A stretch of DNA of 64,000 bases from a virus, in the IMG/VR virus record IMGVR_UViG_3300037235_000042, positions 34,272 to 98,271 of that record; one strand, written 5' to 3'. How positions within the stretch are numbered: the first letter of the stretch is position 1; each line of letters begins with the position of its first letter. The position numbers were made by a program, and so were the translations under genes. Of this stretch, positions 8,992 to 19,700 are shown piece by piece. Below the pieces are notes generated by a model. It saw nothing but the letters and a program-made list of their open reading frames with translations. It searched no databases and was not told the DNA's origin.

Positions 8992-11900
8992 TCATGAGGT
9001 CACTAGTTCTGATCTCTGGTAGCCCTTAGCTCCAGCGTCGATTACAGGTTTCTGATCTATCTGTGGAGCGTTCCAGAATTGCAGGTTCCCCGTCGTTGTG
9101 GCGATCAGCCGAAACTGGCGCAACTTTATCGCCGGGAATCTCACTCGCGTTGGGGATTCTGATCTAGCCGCGTTAGTTGGCAGGGTGAATGAGTAATAAG
9201 AATTCACATTCCCGTCTGCGTAGATGCCGACTATCACTGGAGCTGTAGACGTGTAGTCGAAATAGCCTTGCTTGACCAGCTTAGATTCGTCGGTGCCGAA
9301 CTTTATCCAGTAGGTGTCGTAGGAGTTTAGCTGAGCGGCTAGTTCTGCGGCCAGCATTTCCATCTGGTAGATAATCGGCGCGACAATCACAGATCCGCTC
9401 AACTGTGCGCTCAGACGATAAGCTTCTTGGCCGAATCCGGCGTTGACCGTGAACTGGAATTTCTGCCGAACTGCCCCGGTGAACGAGGGGAGAGTAATCG
9501 GCGCGACGGATCCGTTGTTGTCGTCGAACAGAAGTTCAAGCGTTAAGGACTGCCCGTTCGGATTGGCGTCGACCGTGACCATGTTGTACTGTTTCTGGTT
9601 GTTGGGGAGACTCTGGTCGTAGTAGGGAGTTTGCAGGGTGAATGAGATCGGGTATTTAACCAATGCTCCTGAGGCCCAGCCCGCATCATCGTAATCGCCA
9701 ACCTGATCGACTGCGACTACGAAGTTCGTTCCCGTTTGTGAAGCTGAAGGCTGGTAGACTCGGGCGATCACTAGAGTGTTTGTATCGGCTTCGTAGTTGA
9801 TCGCGTTGACGAATAAATCGTCATTCTTCCAGCGGTTGTATGTCGACCAATATACCAGTCGATGATTGTTCCCGTCTGTTCCTGGGTAGATCACGAACAC
9901 TCTGTTGTTCCAGAACGCCATCTTCACCTGACTGATCAGAGCTTGATTCAACGGGATCAATGGCGAAGGGCTAGGCGTTGTAGGCTGATTCTGGAACAAC
10001 CATTCGATAGTTGCTGAACGATAAGCGCCGTCGGTTCCGTTAAACTCCCGGACCCCGTCGAATCCTAAATACCAGATCGCCGACTCCGTCTGACACCATC
10101 CGAAACTCGCTGCGAGTCCGTGTTTCGATCCCGTTGGCTGGGCGACTGGCGGATTCGATGGATAGATCTGATACCAAGTAGACTTAGTCGCGATGAACAG
10201 AGTCCCCCGGAAATTAATAACCCCCATGATCGGATCTGAAGGATTCGACACTGGGATATAGTTCTGGGGTGGGAAGTTCTCTGGGAATCCGGGGTTCGAG
10301 AAATACAACAGATGAGGATTGTTGGGATCGCCTGCCAGCCAGACTTGGTTGTAGGCTAGAGCAACTAGATTGCATGGAATCGCTGGCTTCGAGAACACTT
10401 GAACCTGTTCTCCAGCTGCATGCGGAAGTTGAACACAGGCTTGAAACGAGCCCGTCCCCCCGACAGCTACGATAGTCTGTTCGAGATCAGAAACGTTGCC
10501 GATATTCACGATCTGCCCGACGACGAACGTCGCAGTAAGTTGCGTAACTGAAACGGTGATGGGGATGAACGGTGCGGTCGGGCTAAGCGCAGTAGTTAAG
10601 GTCGTGACGATAGGGTTCTGTAAAGTGCTGCTGACCGGGGGGTCATTAGCCAGGTTTAGCGGAAGCTGTTCGAACAGATCAGCGTCGGTGAAGATGTCAT
10701 TGTAGCTGAAGGTTCCAGTTCCGATGACGTTAGGAATCTGATCAACCAGCAACCACGCAGGGCCAGGAAGCACTCCGCCGCGACGATAGATTCGAACGTG
10801 GGTTACGCGAGGATTCGGACTGTATTGCCCTTGAACGTTTATAGGTTGCCGGAGAACGATCAAGGTGGATATTCCCGCAGGGTTGTAGGTGGTTACTGGA
10901 TAGTATTGAGATGAGCAAGGATTCGACTCAGTGTTGGTTACGGCGTCAAAATATGTATAACGATAATCATATCCGACTCCGCCGTAGGAACTTGGCCCAG
11001 CTCCACTCAGCGTATAAAGTCCGTTCAGCCCAATCGCCGTCGAACCTTGGGTGTTAGTGATGATCTGAATCTGCCAGCCGGTAACCTTCGACCAGTCCGC
11101 TCCCGGTTCGTCGGCGTTCCCGACCGGCAGGAAGTCTCCCTTTCGCATGTAGACCACCGACCATGCCGAAGTTCCAGTGCTGATGTTCACAGGTTGAAGC
11201 CGAGGGACCGATGGATCGCTGATGGTTAGAGGTTGTTGTTTTATCTCAGTCTGAGTGTCTTGTGGAAGGGTGAGTAGGCCGAAAGTGTTGGAATTAACCA
11301 CGCCGCCAGCTTGACCTGAGACTTCGTTGGTCACAGCTTGAGCTGGAGAGGTCGTGCTTGGGGAGGAGACTCCAGTTTGGAAAGTTTGAGGCGTTATACT
11401 CTTGTAGTAATAGGTTGAAGTATAACCCGACGAGTTGACGTCGAATTGAAGTCTGATCTCCTGTACGACTTCCGGCGAGCCGACCTGGATGACTAGGACT
11501 ATGAAATCATCCGGGGTCATGTTAGTCAGAACCGGGAACGACCCTGTGGTCTTGCCGATGCTGCCGATGGAATTCGTCGCCACAGTCCCGTTCAGGGCGT
11601 TGAACAAGAAGCTGTCCGTGGCCGCGTAGGTGCCGCCGAGGAAGTTTATAACGTTGAACTTGGTCGTGTCTTGGGTAGTATCGAACTTGACCATGAACTG
11701 GCCGGTGTGGTTGCTCAGGCCGATGCAGCCGTCTTGGACAAGCGCGGAGGAACCGTCCGTACAGGAATATTTCTCGTAGGTCAGGACGCCGGTGCCGCTG
11801 CTGCCGTTCACCGTAGCAATGGTCGTGATAGTCGTGATCGTGAAGCCGCTGGTGGTAAATCCTGTGCCAGTATCGAAGGCGTCAATCCCACCTTGGAAGA

Positions 11901-12456
11901 TTCCCAGCGCTCCAGGGAGAGTATTAACGACCTGGGTCGGACCAAGAATCCCCCAGCTCACCGGGTTACCGATTCCAGAATCTTTTAACATGGCCAAGGC
12001 GTCGGCGATGAATAGATAAGGCTGCGCGGACTGGTAGCAAGGGGTGACGAGTGTGGAAAATTGCTGCCCAGATAAGTTGATAACCGTCCCACCGTAGATA
12101 TTGGTCGGGGAGAGTTTGGTGAAGGGTCCTTGGCTATCGCCAGCCCTGCGCCAGAGCGTATTCGAAGAAGGTCCAGTTACGCCAACGTAACGCCAAGTAG
12201 ATGAACCTGAGACCAGCCGAGCGATAGTGTTCGGCGGCCCGGTGAAGAAATAATTCGACGTTCCGATCCCTAGAGGATCTCGATTGATGATCAGCGAGCC
12301 GTAGCGAGAGCTAAGAGATTGTTCCTCGCGTTCTTCACAGGAATCGAGATTGAGATACCAGCCTTCGCCAGGCGGACGGTCAATTGTGTAGCGGGAGTAT
12401 ATTCCGCGACTTTGAAATATATATGGCCAGTTTTTGTATTTAGTGTCGGTGCTCAT
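8992..12456 (-). CDS. tail nozzle/hub protein (P22 gp10 / T7 gp12-like beta-propeller) with inserted domains
   Basis: 1154 aa; propeller-like segment YNQVWLAGDPNNPHLLYFSNP...PENFP, IWYLGFDGVREFNG, C-terminal TPYYD..PNNQKQY. Confidence 0.7.
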   Translation of the reverse strand: MSTDTKYKNWPYIFQSRGIYSRYTIDRPPGEGWYLNLDSCEEREEQSLSSRYGSLIINRDPLGIGTSNYFFTGPPNTIARLVSGSSTWRYVGVTGPSSNTLWRRAGDSQGPFTKLSPTNIYGGTVINLSGQQFSTLVTPCYQSAQPYLFIADALAMLKDSGIGNPVSWGILGPTQVVNTLPGALGIFQGGIDAFDTGTGFTTSGFTITTITTIATVNGSSGTGVLTYEKYSCTDGSSALVQDGCIGLSNHTGQFMVKFDTTQDTTKFNVINFLGGTYAATDSFLFNALNGTVATNSIGSIGKTTGSFPVLTNMTPDDFIVLVIQVGSPEVVQEIRLQFDVNSSGYTSTYYYKSITPQTFQTGVSSPSTTSPAQAVTNEVSGQAGGVVNSNTFGLLTLPQDTQTEIKQQPLTISDPSVPRLQPVNISTGTSAWSVVYMRKGDFLPVGNADEPGADWSKVTGWQIQIITNTQGSTAIGLNGLYTLSGAGPSSYGGVGYDYRYTYFDAVTNTESNPCSSQYYPVTTYNPAGISTLIVLRQPINVQGQYSPNPRVTHVRIYRRGGVLPGPAWLLVDQIPNVIGTGTFSYNDIFTDADLFEQLPLNLANDPPVSSTLQNPIVTTLTTALSPTAPFIPITVSVTQLTATFVVGQIVNIGNVSDLEQTIVAVGGTGSFQACVQLPHAAGEQVQVFSKPAIPCNLVALAYNQVWLAGDPNNPHLLYFSNPGFPENFPPQNYIPVSNPSDPIMGVINFRGTLFIATKSTWYQIYPSNPPVAQPTGSKHGLAASFGWCQTESAIWYLGFDGVREFNGTDGAYRSATIEWLFQNQPTTPSPSPLIPLNQALISQVKMAFWNNRVFVIYPGTDGNNHRLVYWSTYNRWKNDDLFVNAINYEADTNTLVIARVYQPSASQTGTNFVVAVDQVGDYDDAGWASGALVKYPISFTLQTPYYDQSLPNNQKQYNMVTVDANPNGQSLTLELLFDDNNGSVAPITLPSFTGAVRQKFQFTVNAGFGQEAYRLSAQLSGSVIVAPIIYQMEMLAAELAAQLNSYDTYWIKFGTDESKLVKQGYFDYTSTAPVIVGIYADGNVNSYYSFTLPTNAARSESPTRVRFPAIKLRQFRLIATTTGNLQFWNAPQIDQKPVIDAGAKGYQRSELVTS

Positions 12457-13676
12457 GCTGATCGCCTCTTAGCTTGTTGACCGGAATTCATCATCCCCTT
12501 TATCCAACGAGTCGTGGCCACAACGCCCATTTCGAAACGTTGATGGCAGTAGCTAGCAAGTTGCTCCGATCTTTCTTCACCATCTTTTGAGAACATATAC
12601 TCCAGCGTTTTGTATTTGACGTAGTGTAGAACCAGATCCGGAACCGCAAAGCCGTCAGTCAGTGCCAGAGAGTCTGTGTCTCGGATTGAACACAACAATT
12701 CAACTGGGAAACTAGAACTAGGTTTACCCCCTACACCCCACCTATAATTTCCTCCACGATCTTCCCACCAATTTTTAGGGTAAAGTTGAAATTCCGATTG
12801 CCAGTTCCGGTCCTGCATTGTCAGTTGTTCCTGACTGACTTCGTACAATCGAGTCAGGGGAAGCGATGCGAACGATCCAACGGCTGTGTTCATAATCCCG
12901 TTGGTTAATTGGAGGAAGAATGCCATCCCGTTAGGCGCGATCAGAGGGAGCTGCGTCGGCGCTGATGGAGTCTGCGAGGACATCGGAGCGCTGTGGAGAA
13001 TTCCGCTGCTTCCGCCGACAGAAACGATGGTCAGCTGCCATGTCAGGCCACTAGCCGTATCGTTGACCAAGATCCCGGTTGGAGCCGTGCCCGCGACCGG
13101 CGTGGTGTCGACGATTCCACTGTTGGTAACGATGATCTGCCAAGCCTGCGAGGCTGCGTCTAGGAGAATGAACGAAGCCGGAGGAATCGTAGCCAACGCG
13201 ATCCGTTCGATCTCGATACAGGTTGAAGGGGTCGATTGGTAGATCTGCCCATAGGCTATGGATTGATAGAAGAACTGGAATATGCAAGGAACTCGGGCGA
13301 GGAATTCGTTCTGGGCTCGGGACAGGTAGCCTAGGACTTCGGATTGAGTGAAGAAGGGATCGCCTGCGATGGCTTGGGTTGAAAACGTAGGTCCAAATAC
13401 GCTTGCGCCGGAGTTATGGGAATTCGCAAAAGTAGCCGTGATCGACGTTCCTGGTACGAACGCCGTTACAGTCACAGCTTCCTGATTAGGCGTGTTGGCG
13501 TCGACGATGATCTGAGCGCCGACGTAGATTCCTAAGGTCGAGCCGATGGTTACGGTTTCTGGACCTACGGAAGAATTCTGGGTAAGAGTTGTCTGCAGAA
13601 CTGGTTCTAAAACGTGGTAGGAAATCTCGCACAGCAAAGACCAGACCGACCGACTTCCTAAGCCCGGATTGGCCAA
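12453..13676 (-). CDS. head-tail adaptor/ring protein paralogue with inserted beta domains
   Basis: FFTQSEVLGYLSRAQNEF helix; C-terminal VPDLVLHYVKYKTLEYMFSKDGE; directly upstream of nozzle. Confidence 0.6.
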   Translation of the reverse strand: MANPGLGSRSVWSLLCEISYHVLEPVLQTTLTQNSSVGPETVTIGSTLGIYVGAQIIVDANTPNQEAVTVTAFVPGTSITATFANSHNSGASVFGPTFSTQAIAGDPFFTQSEVLGYLSRAQNEFLARVPCIFQFFYQSIAYGQIYQSTPSTCIEIERIALATIPPASFILLDAASQAWQIIVTNSGIVDTTPVAGTAPTGILVNDTASGLTWQLTIVSVGGSSGILHSAPMSSQTPSAPTQLPLIAPNGMAFFLQLTNGIMNTAVGSFASLPLTRLYEVSQEQLTMQDRNWQSEFQLYPKNWWEDRGGNYRWGVGGKPSSSFPVELLCSIRDTDSLALTDGFAVPDLVLHYVKYKTLEYMFSKDGEERSEQLASYCHQRFEMGVVATTRWIKGMMNSGQQAKRRSA

Positions 13677-13793
13677 GACACGTCTCCCCCGCCAATACTG
13701 TGTTGACCTTACGCGGTCGTTTGTGAGACAGTATGGCTGAACGTGTCGGATTTTCTCAGAGGGCCGACCTCTGGCAAGGAATGGCCCTTCAAG

Positions 13794-14228
13794 TTAAGCT
13801 ACGACGGCTTCCTTCTTGATCTCCTCTTTCTGATCGTTCTTGGCTTGATTCTGTTGAGTCTGAGTTGCTAACTGGGGCTGAGGTTGAACGCCTTGAGGCT
13901 GTTCAGGCTGAAGTTGAATCCGTGGGCTCTCAGGTTCCTTCGCCGAGAGCGATCCAGTTCCACCACAGATATCACAGACTGACTTATATTCCGACTTTCC
14001 ATCCCAAGGCGCGACTGAGCCGACCATTCCTTCCCCATCGCATTTCAAACATTGAGCGATATAACCTGAGACCAGACAGAATTTACAATAGGTCTTCAAC
14101 GGCGGAGGGAGTTTGGAATTCCCACAGTGTTCGCAGACTCGGATCGGACCTCGGTACTTCGCTACGTCGATGTGATTGTCATTAATCATTTTTGAACCTC
14201 GGCTATCCATGTTACTACGAATCGACAC
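13794..14228 (-). CDS. zinc-finger protein with DnaJ-type CxxCxGxG repeats
   Basis: CEHC, CKFC, CLKCDGEG, CDICGGTG; Gln-rich tail. Confidence 0.6.
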   Translation of the reverse strand: MSIRSNMDSRGSKMINDNHIDVAKYRGPIRVCEHCGNSKLPPPLKTYCKFCLVSGYIAQCLKCDGEGMVGSVAPWDGKSEYKSVCDICGGTGSLSAKEPESPRIQLQPEQPQGVQPQPQLATQTQQNQAKNDQKEEIKKEAVVA

Positions 14229-14237
14229 AATAAAGCT

Positions 14238-15695
14238 CTAGTTTCCAAGACAGAACCAGTTAATATGCCCAGTATCGCTGCCTACGCTATCGGTCGGAGT
14301 TACCCCAGTGGTAGAAGTGACGAAACTTAATATCCCAGTCATGGTGCCTATTCCATTCCAGCTCCCAAAGCACTGGGGGGCTACTGCATAAGTTGTCGCA
14401 AAGTTTTGTCCTGGACAAGTTCCAGAACTCAACGTACACGTACCTTGATCGCTGATCTGTAGACGGTAGTTCTGCAACTTCATGGCTGCCGAATTTCCAG
14501 ATAATTGGGTAGTGCAATAATTGACAGAAGGGTTTCCAGCTCCACTAATCAGGGTAGGAAGAGCGCCCCCAGTACGAGGACACCACTGAATAGTACCAAA
14601 TGCTATAGCATGCACGTAGCCATTAGTCAACGTATTGCTTGACGCAGTTATAGTAGTGTTTTGTACGTTTAAGCTATCACCAGAGAAAGTTATGAATTCC
14701 GGAATAGTTCCAACACCTGTGTCCGCCAGCATCAAACCCCCAAGCATGGTTATATTATTATTACTACCAGTAGACTTGATAAAATCTCCAGTCGATCCAA
14801 CGCCATTCATCTCTAAGTGAACTCCATTTAGTGTTAGATTAATAAAGTTCGCAGGCATCACTATGCCAAGTGAACCAGTACCTAAATTTGTCTCTATGTC
14901 TGTGCCTTGGATATAAACGTCCACAGACGTGCCCAAAAGGATATCTTCTATCGTATTTTGAAAAGTAGTCCCTTGGAGGATCCACATCACGCTCCCCGCA
15001 TTAAAGTTGACGCCAATACCATTGTTAGCGATCATTGGCTGAACAAAGCCTGAATCAAAAGCGTTCATGATAGCAGCTGTACCCCAACCCTGCATTGCGA
15101 CATTTTCAAATATCACGCCTTGTGTTGGGAAGTTCGGGCCATTGCCGACGTTGGCACCAACAGTAGTGCTGGTAGCCCCTGAAATATTACAATTCATATA
15201 ACATAGAGTCAGGTTGGAGATCACTCCTGGGTGGCCATTAATACCCAAATTACCTCCCCAATTAATGACGAACGCTGTCCCCGTGCTACTACCTGTCCAG
15301 TTTAAACAGGTTGGTCCTGAACCAGCTCCAGTGAGATTGACTATCTTGCCTACAGTGTTGAACACGATCTCTGTGGAAAAATTATAGCAAGTAGAATTAG
15401 GGGATACAAAAATCGTGCCTCCTGGGGACGGTAGAGATGCATAAGCTAGATTTATTTCAGCTCCTATGTCTGCTCCACCTCGGGATAATGCAGAGTTCAC
15501 ATACTGAACGCCGTTTAGGATAGAGGTTATAGTCGGCCCTGTGGTCGTGGTCGTGCCGCTGAAGGTGTTGTTACCCGTGAATAGATTGTTAACATCTAGT
15601 GCAGCGAAGGTATGGCCTTGTGAAAGTAAGAGAGAAGATAGGATCATCAGGACTACGAAAGCAGCGAGCAGTTTATAGGGAGTGGTCATGTTCAC
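14238..15695 (-). CDS. tailspike-like beta-helix protein with N-terminal signal peptide
   Basis: YKLLAAFVVLMILSSLLLSQGHTFAA leader; NNLFTGNNTFSG fibre repeat; ADIGAEINLAYASLPSPGGTIFV beta-helix cap; C-terminal F..TYAVAPQC...INWFCLGN domain; visibly AT-richer than flanks. Confidence 0.65.
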   Translation of the reverse strand: MNMTTPYKLLAAFVVLMILSSLLLSQGHTFAALDVNNLFTGNNTFSGTTTTTGPTITSILNGVQYVNSALSRGGADIGAEINLAYASLPSPGGTIFVSPNSTCYNFSTEIVFNTVGKIVNLTGAGSGPTCLNWTGSSTGTAFVINWGGNLGINGHPGVISNLTLCYMNCNISGATSTTVGANVGNGPNFPTQGVIFENVAMQGWGTAAIMNAFDSGFVQPMIANNGIGVNFNAGSVMWILQGTTFQNTIEDILLGTSVDVYIQGTDIETNLGTGSLGIVMPANFINLTLNGVHLEMNGVGSTGDFIKSTGSNNNITMLGGLMLADTGVGTIPEFITFSGDSLNVQNTTITASSNTLTNGYVHAIAFGTIQWCPRTGGALPTLISGAGNPSVNYCTTQLSGNSAAMKLQNYRLQISDQGTCTLSSGTCPGQNFATTYAVAPQCFGSWNGIGTMTGILSFVTSTTGVTPTDSVGSDTGHINWFCLGN

Positions 15696-16384
15696 CTTTT
15701 CGGGATAGAATTCAGTCCTGTAATCCCGCCAAAACTTCGACTGAACAACAATGGATCCTTGCGGTCTTCAATCTGGGTCATTCTCTGAGCTAAGGTTAAA
15801 TAAGACTGGTAGAGAGTCATGGATTCTTTGAACTCCGCTCCTGATTCCTTAATTCTACAGAAATGGGCACTGTACATTTCAAGCGCTTCAAAGAATTCGT
15901 CATGGAACGGAACTACCTCGGTCCCAGTGTAAGGCCAGTTATCAGCCGTTGGATAAGGAATAGTTGTGATACTGACCTGTGTAGGAGCATTCGGAGCCGG
16001 ATGGACGAAAAATAACCCACCGAGCCCGACTGGCCCCCAGCGTTGTGGGATAGGGGCAGTATCCGCTTCCCATGATGATCCCCATGAAGCTTGTTCGTAG
16101 TCCATAGAGAACAAGGAAACCCGCCAGAGCGGGGAAGATGGGCCTTGGATATCCGTGATCAGCAACTGACCTTTAGGCATCTGTTGCCAGACTGTATTTG
16201 GAACGAGGTTGAACGGTTGGTTGACCAGAAAGTCCGGACGCCCGACTAGGATCAAGAGATCATTGCAGGCTTCGATCAGACCAGAATAGAGTTCGTTCGA
16301 GAGATTCCAGAAAACAGGAGGATTGTTCTCTTCTAAACGGTTGATGACCTGTCCTGCCAAGACGCTGATTGGAGTGGTTCCCAT
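15692..16384 (-). CDS. head-tail adaptor/ring protein paralogue
   Basis: VINRLEE..PVFW..ELYSGLIEACNDL; FFVHPAP; VPFHDEFFEALEMYSAH pattern of phage adaptors. Confidence 0.6.
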   Translation of the reverse strand: MGTTPISVLAGQVINRLEENNPPVFWNLSNELYSGLIEACNDLLILVGRPDFLVNQPFNLVPNTVWQQMPKGQLLITDIQGPSSPLWRVSLFSMDYEQASWGSSWEADTAPIPQRWGPVGLGGLFFVHPAPNAPTQVSITTIPYPTADNWPYTGTEVVPFHDEFFEALEMYSAHFCRIKESGAEFKESMTLYQSYLTLAQRMTQIEDRKDPLLFSRSFGGITGLNSIPKR

Positions 16385-16488
16385 ATCTTATTTCTTGCCT
16401 AGGATAATATCATCATATTTGAGTTTTCATTGTGAGTATTTCGTCTCTATTGAATTTCCCAGAGCCTGTGGTAAAGTGTCAGACCTTT

Positions 16489-16716
16489 TTATTGAATCAC
16501 CACGTTTGCGCCTTGCATGTTTACAGTGCCGGTAAAATTCACCTGATTACCCGATGCACCAACCGGACACATCCGCATATAACCTGTAATCGGCTTGGGG
16601 CATTGCGCCACGGTCGGAGCAATTGGGCCGACTCCGAGAGCACCGTAGGAACCGCTAGCCTTGACCCAGAGCACGAATCCACCAACCATTAAGATTACCA
16701 AGAGAACGATTTTCAT
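16489..16716 (-). CDS. small exported/membrane protein
   Basis: MKIVLLVILMVGGFVLWVKA leader, one Cys pair; ATGA coupling to upstream gene. Confidence 0.55.
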   Translation of the reverse strand: MKIVLLVILMVGGFVLWVKASGSYGALGVGPIAPTVAQCPKPITGYMRMCPVGASGNQVNFTGTVNMQGANVVIQ

Positions 16717-19700
16717 CGGGCATCTCCCTCCACTAAAAAATTACCCGCCATGAACCATGCTGCCGGAGAGCTGTTAGTCACACCTGCCGGAGCAATCGCT
16801 GCACCCATTACGATATAACTTCCGCCGCTGTCAAAACTCGGTGTGTAAGCTGCGGGAGTAACTCCTAACCGATATTCAGAAAGATCGTCTGCGGTGTCGT
16901 TAACCCCAACAGCATACGGAGTAAGAGCACCGAGCGCAGTATCTACACAGGCAAACCAGACAGAATCATTATTCGCCGCTGTAACGTTGGATACACTCGT
17001 GGAGCACTGGCCTGAAGCTCCTGCCGACGATCCGACCGCTGCAAAAGTCGTAGTGCCACCAACCGTAGAATTGCCCTGAAATTCTCCGCCGAGCACGGTG
17101 CCAAAGTTAGAACAATCAGAAACTCCGCTCCCGGTGAACGACACCGTAAAGGTTGCGCTCGAAGTATTGGGAGCGATGAAACCAAACAAGGCACTCACGT
17201 TGCCAGTCGTGTTGCCCAGTGGAGCAATCAACTGCGTGCTGTTTGTCCAGCCCGTAGCCGTCAAGGTGATAGCCGTAATCGTCCCACTGGAAGGATGGCA
17301 ATCAACCGCGAATAACACTGCATCTCCAGTTCTGGCTGGAGTGCAGGAAAAAGTCGGTGTGTTGCTTGCACCAGTGAGGATAGCGCTGGTCGAACAGCCT
17401 CCGCTAATGTAGCCTATTGGTATCCCGGTTCCCTGCAATGCAACGGAATCCGGTGAACTGGTGGCGTTGGTTGTAAAAATGAGTGAATAATTCTGACTTC
17501 CGAGCGCGTTCGGAGTGAAGGTTACGCTCACCGTACAACTGCTCGTCGCGGCCAGCGTAGAACCGCAAGTGGTAGAAGATTTCACATACTGCGAATTATT
17601 GGTGGCGATGCTGACAATGTTGAGTGTGGCGTTCCCGGTGTTGGTGAGCGTTGTTGTCTGCCCACCAGAAGTCACGTTTAGGACTTGGCTGCCAAACACC
17701 AGCGTAGTCGGAGATAAGGACACAATTGGCCCGGTCGCAACTCCCGTACCCGTAAGATTTATCGTGTCCGGGTTGCCAACGTTATCTGGCACGCTGATGG
17801 TCGCGGGCTTCGATCCTGCTGAAGTCGGACTGAAAGTTACAACGAATGTGCACGTCGCATTTACCGCAAGATTCTGACCGTTGCAGGTGTTACTCGATAT
17901 CGCATACTCCGCATCGCTGGGCGATCCTAGAGTGCCGATATTTAGAGTTCCGCTCGTCCCGTCGTTAGTGATGGTCACCGTGATCGGGCTGCTGCTTGAG
18001 CCATCGTTGATCAAACCAAAAGCGACCGGAGACGGGCTGTACTGAAATCCTGGGCCGGACGATGCGGTGTACTCATAAGTCCCAACGTCCCAAGCTCCGC
18101 TGGACGGGCGAGTATTGGCGGTAGTTGCTGGGCAGGTATTTACGTGAGTGCTTGTGTTGTAGAAACAGGCGTAGGTTGTGGCTGATTTACAGGCCGTCGC
18201 TGCTGCACTTAATCCTGCCGTGGCTAGTGCCGCACAGTAACCGCCCGTTTCATTGGTCCCCACCCCTACCGTAGAATTGGTCGAAGCCAGCGGAGAATAA
18301 GCATAAGTCTCGCTGCTGGTGTACTGATCGAACTTTGGCGTAACGTTGGCATCCGAGTAGGTCGGACAGGCCGTGGTCGTCCCGCCAGAAGTATTCGACT
18401 GGCATAAATTAGTTGTGCTTACCTGCGTGCTGCATCCCGTTCCGATGGGTGTTGAGGTGTCGTCGATGTAGTGCTCATTGGTGTCGTTCACGGCTGCGGC
18501 AGTGTACCCGGAACAACGAATGATGACTTGGGAATAATTACTCTGCCATGTGTTGTTGAAGAAGGTGTAGGGGCCATTGGCGTTTGACCCCGCCGTACCT
18601 CCTATATTCAGGTACTCCAGATTCCCGATGTCGTAGCCTACATTGTTGAAAATGTAGTCCGTCGTGATCGTGCTGCCATTGCATCCGTAAGAACTGATCC
18701 CAGTGTTGCACGGCGGCGAGAACCACAGGAAGACTCCGCCACCGCTCGTGATCCCTGCCTCTACGTGGCGAAACACGTTGTTGTAAATGGCATTCGCGGT
18801 GGTCGGGTTATCCGGGATGCCTTCAATCATGTTCGAGTGGCCGTTTTCAAAAAAATATTCGTAAAGGTTGTCGTGGAAAAGATGAAGCCCATTAGCGCCG
18901 CCTGGGGCGCACTGCGTCGTATAGCGAAAGACGTTGTAGGCTACGTTGTAGAATCCACTAAAACAAAGGCCCTCCCCAATAGGATCGGAGTCCGCAAAAT
19001 CCACCACGTTGTTGACTATGGTTTCTCCGACGCTGCTGTTGTTCACGCCACCTTGAAAAGCAAAATTGTTAAAGCAGTACACGCCAGCGCAGTTTTGCCC
19101 GTTCTGCACGCCGAACTGCGGGTGACTCGATCCGTGAATATAGAGATTTTCTAGGGCGAGCGGCGGAACCCCACCGGAGCAGCCGGAATTGCACATGCTG
19201 CCGTATCTCACGTAGGTGTCGTTGCCCTGAACTACAAAGTTCGGGGAGCCTTGTGATTCATTGCAGATCCCCAGCATCTCAATGTTGTCCACGATGTAAT
19301 ATTTCAGGCCGCTTACATTCAGCATGTTGTCCGTGCCGCCCGAAATCTGATAGACGCAGGCCGAGACGTAATTGCAATTCTGACTGGCATAGCCCGTACC
19401 GTTTGCATAACAAGCCGTGCCTGTGGCTGCAAAGCACGTTGCTCCATCGGGCATGGTTCCCAGAGTCGAGCCGTTGCACGGTGAATTGTCGGCATTGAAA
19501 GCAGGACGGACCCATGATCCGCCCGAGTACCATGACTTATCTACTCCGACGTAGATGGGATTCGTACTCGTTCCCATTGGGTAGGGCGAAACGCTGAAGT
19601 TCCACGTTCCCCCGGTGTATGGAGTGGCACCATTATTTCCAAAGTGCCACATATCTCCACCGCGGAATATGATTCCGGTTCCCGCTGGTAGCGTGGCGCT

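Noticed and set aside
13703-13819. Antisense promoter-like TTGACC and a 28-aa ORF (MAERVGFSQ...)
   Set aside because: Poor -10 match, no SD, overlaps the end of the zinc-finger gene; insufficient support
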